A stretch of DNA of 64,000 nucleotides from Pseudomonadota bacterium (GTDB lineage: Bacteria > Pseudomonadota > Alphaproteobacteria > Rickettsiales > UBA1997). The notes beneath the pieces are model-generated. The model was not told where the DNA came from, searched no databases, and was given only the letters and a program-made list of their open reading frames with translations. Location of the stretch: positions 8,923 to 72,922 of the forward strand of contig JAZKFV010000021.1 in assembly GCA_040386195.1 (NCBI GenBank), written 5' to 3'. A program made the translations under genes and the position numbers. Shown here one piece after another: positions 61,507 to 64,000 of this stretch (its first letter is position 1; every line of letters begins with the position of its first letter).

Positions 61507-61947
61507 TTATTTTTCTAATTCTTTATAAAAGTAAAAACCTTTAATGATGTAGCCTTCGCGAAAATAAAAGCGATGCGACTTGTGATTGCTGGTGTATGCA
61601 TCTAAAACTGATACTTGGCAATTCAATCTTTTTCCTTCTTCCAAAATCCAATCCATAAGCATTTTACCAATTCCAGATGAACGATAATTTTCATCGATCA
61701 CCACATTATCTGGCTCAATATATTTTCCGCACCAGATTTTAGTTCCAATCCAAAATCCACTAATGCCAACACAATTTTTGTCATCAAACGCGCCGATCAT
61801 TCTATAGCCAGATTTGATCATTTCTGGAAACATTTTTTCACAATCGTCTTTTTGTAATTGTGGATTTAATTGTTTTAATAATGGAAATTGTTGCAACATC
61901 TCTTGTGGAGATTTAATTTCTCTAATTTCAATTTGATCTTTGGTCAT
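61507..61947 (-). CDS. GNAT family N-acetyltransferase
   Basis: VVIDENYRSSGIGKML, LDA...N..SHRFY. Confidence 0.9.
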   Translation of the reverse strand: MTKDQIEIREIKSPQEMLQQFPLLKQLNPQLQKDDCEKMFPEMIKSGYRMIGAFDDKNCVGISGFWIGTKIWCGKYIEPDNVVIDENYRSSGIGKMLMDWILEEGKRLNCQVSVLDAYTSNHKSHRFYFREGYIIKGFYFYKELEK

Positions 61948-61973
61948 AAAATAAAATTTAACAAAATTTTGTA

Positions 61974-62771
61974 ATGAATATTCTTAATCAATCCCAAATT
62001 AAATCAATAGTTAAAATCGCTCTGCAAGCTGGTGAAATCGCTATGTCTTATTTTGGTGGCAATGATTTAAACATTCGTAAAAAATCCGATGATTCACCTT
62101 TAACAATTGCTGATTCTTTGATTAGTGAATTGATTTTTAAAGGCTTACAAAATATTGCGCCAGAAATTCCGGTGATTTGTGAAGAAGGAGAAAATCGTGA
62201 TTTTGGTGATGGAACTTTTTGGCTTATCGATCCAATTGATGGCACAATTAGTTTTTCGCAAAATGATCCGCAGTTCACTATTAACATTGGCTTAATCCAT
62301 AATAAAAAACCAGTTTTTGGTTTAATTTTTGCACCGGCAATTGATGGTTTGCCGTTTTATTATACTGACGAGAATCAAAATTTGATGCGATATTTTGTTC
62401 GTGATAAAAAGGAAGAAATTTTTATTGCCAAAAAAAGAATTGAAAAAGATTTTTTAGTAATTGCCAGCAAAAGAAGCCCTGATGAAGATATTTTAAAATA
62501 TATAAATTCTGAGTTACCGCGCCACGGTTTTGAGCAAATTCTTAAAGCAGAAAAAACCATTCACAAAGTTTCTTCCTCACTAAAATTTTTATATCTCATC
62601 GAAGGAAAAGCTGATTTATATTTGCACCTAAGAAGATCAATGGAATGGGATATCGCCGCTGGACAAGCTTTGCTCCAAGCGGCGGGAGGGAAAATTATGA
62701 ATTTAGATGGCAGTGAATTTAAATATGAAAAGGATGGTTTGGTGAACCAACCTTTTTTAGCTATTTTGTAA
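61974..62771 (+). CDS. cysQ: 3'(2'),5'-bisphosphate nucleotidase CysQ family
   Basis: KSDDSPLT.AD, EE, WLIDPIDGT, SSLKF, EWDIAAG. Confidence 0.9.
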   Translation: MNILNQSQIKSIVKIALQAGEIAMSYFGGNDLNIRKKSDDSPLTIADSLISELIFKGLQNIAPEIPVICEEGENRDFGDGTFWLIDPIDGTISFSQNDPQFTINIGLIHNKKPVFGLIFAPAIDGLPFYYTDENQNLMRYFVRDKKEEIFIAKKRIEKDFLVIASKRSPDEDILKYINSELPRHGFEQILKAEKTIHKVSSSLKFLYLIEGKADLYLHLRRSMEWDIAAGQALLQAAGGKIMNLDGSEFKYEKDGLVNQPFLAIL

Positions 62772-63998
62772 AAAATTTTTCTTCTTGTGAAGCGGGCTAT
62801 TGCGATAGCTATATCCAAAATAAACCACCAAACCAATCGCTGTCCAAATCATAAATGGCTTGCCGGTTGTTGAAAGCAGATTATAAATCAAATATCCACA
62901 AGTCAAAATTGCCATTGGCGCAATAATATAAACAGCTGGGCAGTGAAAAGGTCTTTTTAAGTCAGGCTTAGTTTTTCTAAGTACCATAACGCCAACCGCC
63001 ACTACTACAAACGCGAATAGAGTTCCAAGCGAAGTCATATTACCCAAAGTGTGAATTGGAGTTAAACCAGAAGTTAAAGCCACACCAATGGCAACAATAA
63101 TTGCGCTGACATAAGGAGTGCTGAATCTTGAATGAATTTTTCCGAAGAAAGGTGGAATTAGTTTATCTCGAGACATCACATAAAAAATTCTTGATTGTCC
63201 ATACATCAAAACCAAAAGCACTGTGGTCATTCCCGTGATTGCTCCAACAGCAACTAAAGCAGAGCCAATATTGCTGCCGTTTAATCTGAGAGCTAAAGCC
63301 AAAGGTTCTGGGCTGTCAAGCAAGGAGTAGTGAGCAATGCCAGTTAAAACCAAAGCCACTGCAATATAAAGAACGGCGCTGATTGCCAATGAACCAATGA
63401 TGCCAATTGGCAAATCTCGTTTAGGGTTTTTACATTCTTCAGCGGCGGTTGCAACTGCGTCAAAACCAATATAGGCGAAGAAGATTGTTGCCGCGCCCAT
63501 AAAAATTCCATGAACACCAAAAGGCATAAAATCAATCCAGTTTTCAGTTTTAACCATTGGGGTTGCAACTATTAAGAAAATAAATATCGCAGTTATTTTA
63601 ACGCCAACCAAAATGCGGTTGAAAGTAACACTTTCTTTTGTTCCTCTAATTAAAAGACACCCGATAAACAGAGCGATAAAAACTGCAGGAAGATTAATAG
63701 CCCAACTTATAGAGCCATCTTCCAGTTTAGATGGAGCTTTGGTTAAATATTCCGGCAAATGAACTCCGCCCGAATTTAAAATTCCCAACATATAACCCGA
63801 CCATCCCGAAGCCACAGTTGCGGCGCCAACGCCATATTCTAAAATTAATCCCCAACCAACTAGCCAAGCCACAAACTCGCCAATGACAACATAAGTATAG
63901 GTGTAAGCACTTCCGGAAGCTGGAACCATTGAGGCTAATTCGGCGTAAGCGAGTGCCGCAAAAGCGCAAGCGAAAGCGGAAAATAAATAAGATAAAGC
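62757..63998 (-). CDS. APC-family amino acid permease (5'-partial)
   Basis: Frame is open to the window edge; YAELASMVP.SGSAYTY, FFAYIGFD, EE.KNPKRDLP, RPF.CP. Confidence 0.92.
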   Translation of the reverse strand, partial: ALSYLFSAFACAFAALAYAELASMVPASGSAYTYTYVVIGEFVAWLVGWGLILEYGVGAATVASGWSGYMLGILNSGGVHLPEYLTKAPSKLEDGSISWAINLPAVFIALFIGCLLIRGTKESVTFNRILVGVKITAIFIFLIVATPMVKTENWIDFMPFGVHGIFMGAATIFFAYIGFDAVATAAEECKNPKRDLPIGIIGSLAISAVLYIAVALVLTGIAHYSLLDSPEPLALALRLNGSNIGSALVAVGAITGMTTVLLVLMYGQSRIFYVMSRDKLIPPFFGKIHSRFSTPYVSAIIVAIGVALTSGLTPIHTLGNMTSLGTLFAFVVVAVGVMVLRKTKPDLKRPFHCPAVYIIAPMAILTCGYLIYNLLSTTGKPFMIWTAIGLVVYFGYSYRNSPLHKKKNFLQNS

Positions 63999-64000
63999 AA

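Noticed and set aside
396-63969. Numerous 60-160 aa antisense or alternate-frame ORFs in the track
   Set aside because: They lie within well-supported genes and show no independent motifs; treated as shadow ORFs.

Overview
AT-rich, densely coding chromosomal segment of an alphaproteobacterium, most likely Rickettsiales-related. This is inferred from a Rickettsiales-type VirB11, a porin, coq7, a DivK-like receiver, addB and ankyrin proteins, although biosynthetic genes such as guaA, pyrC, proC, metX and folC are retained. It holds about 55 CDS, mostly housekeeping genes in strongly shuffled order, one tRNA-Leu(CAA) and a good dif (XerCD) site at 20736-20763. The best leads are: (1) a stand-alone, intact C-terminal third of DnaE with no intein, suggesting a two-piece replicative polymerase; (2) a candidate host effector with a circularly permuted OTU-like deubiquitinase domain and three ubiquitin-interacting motifs; (3) a kinase-ankyrin effector candidate; (4) TGTCATCC/GTCATTGCGAG palindromic repeats that lie between genes and also in frame inside gltX, addB and the dsbE tail; (5) a heptamer-built palindrome that supplies the stop codons of two convergent genes; (6) two multi-hairpin cassettes bracketed by direct repeats; (7) a sharp local codon-skew inversion at the guaA 3' end. 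All calls come from reading motifs by eye; no searches were run.
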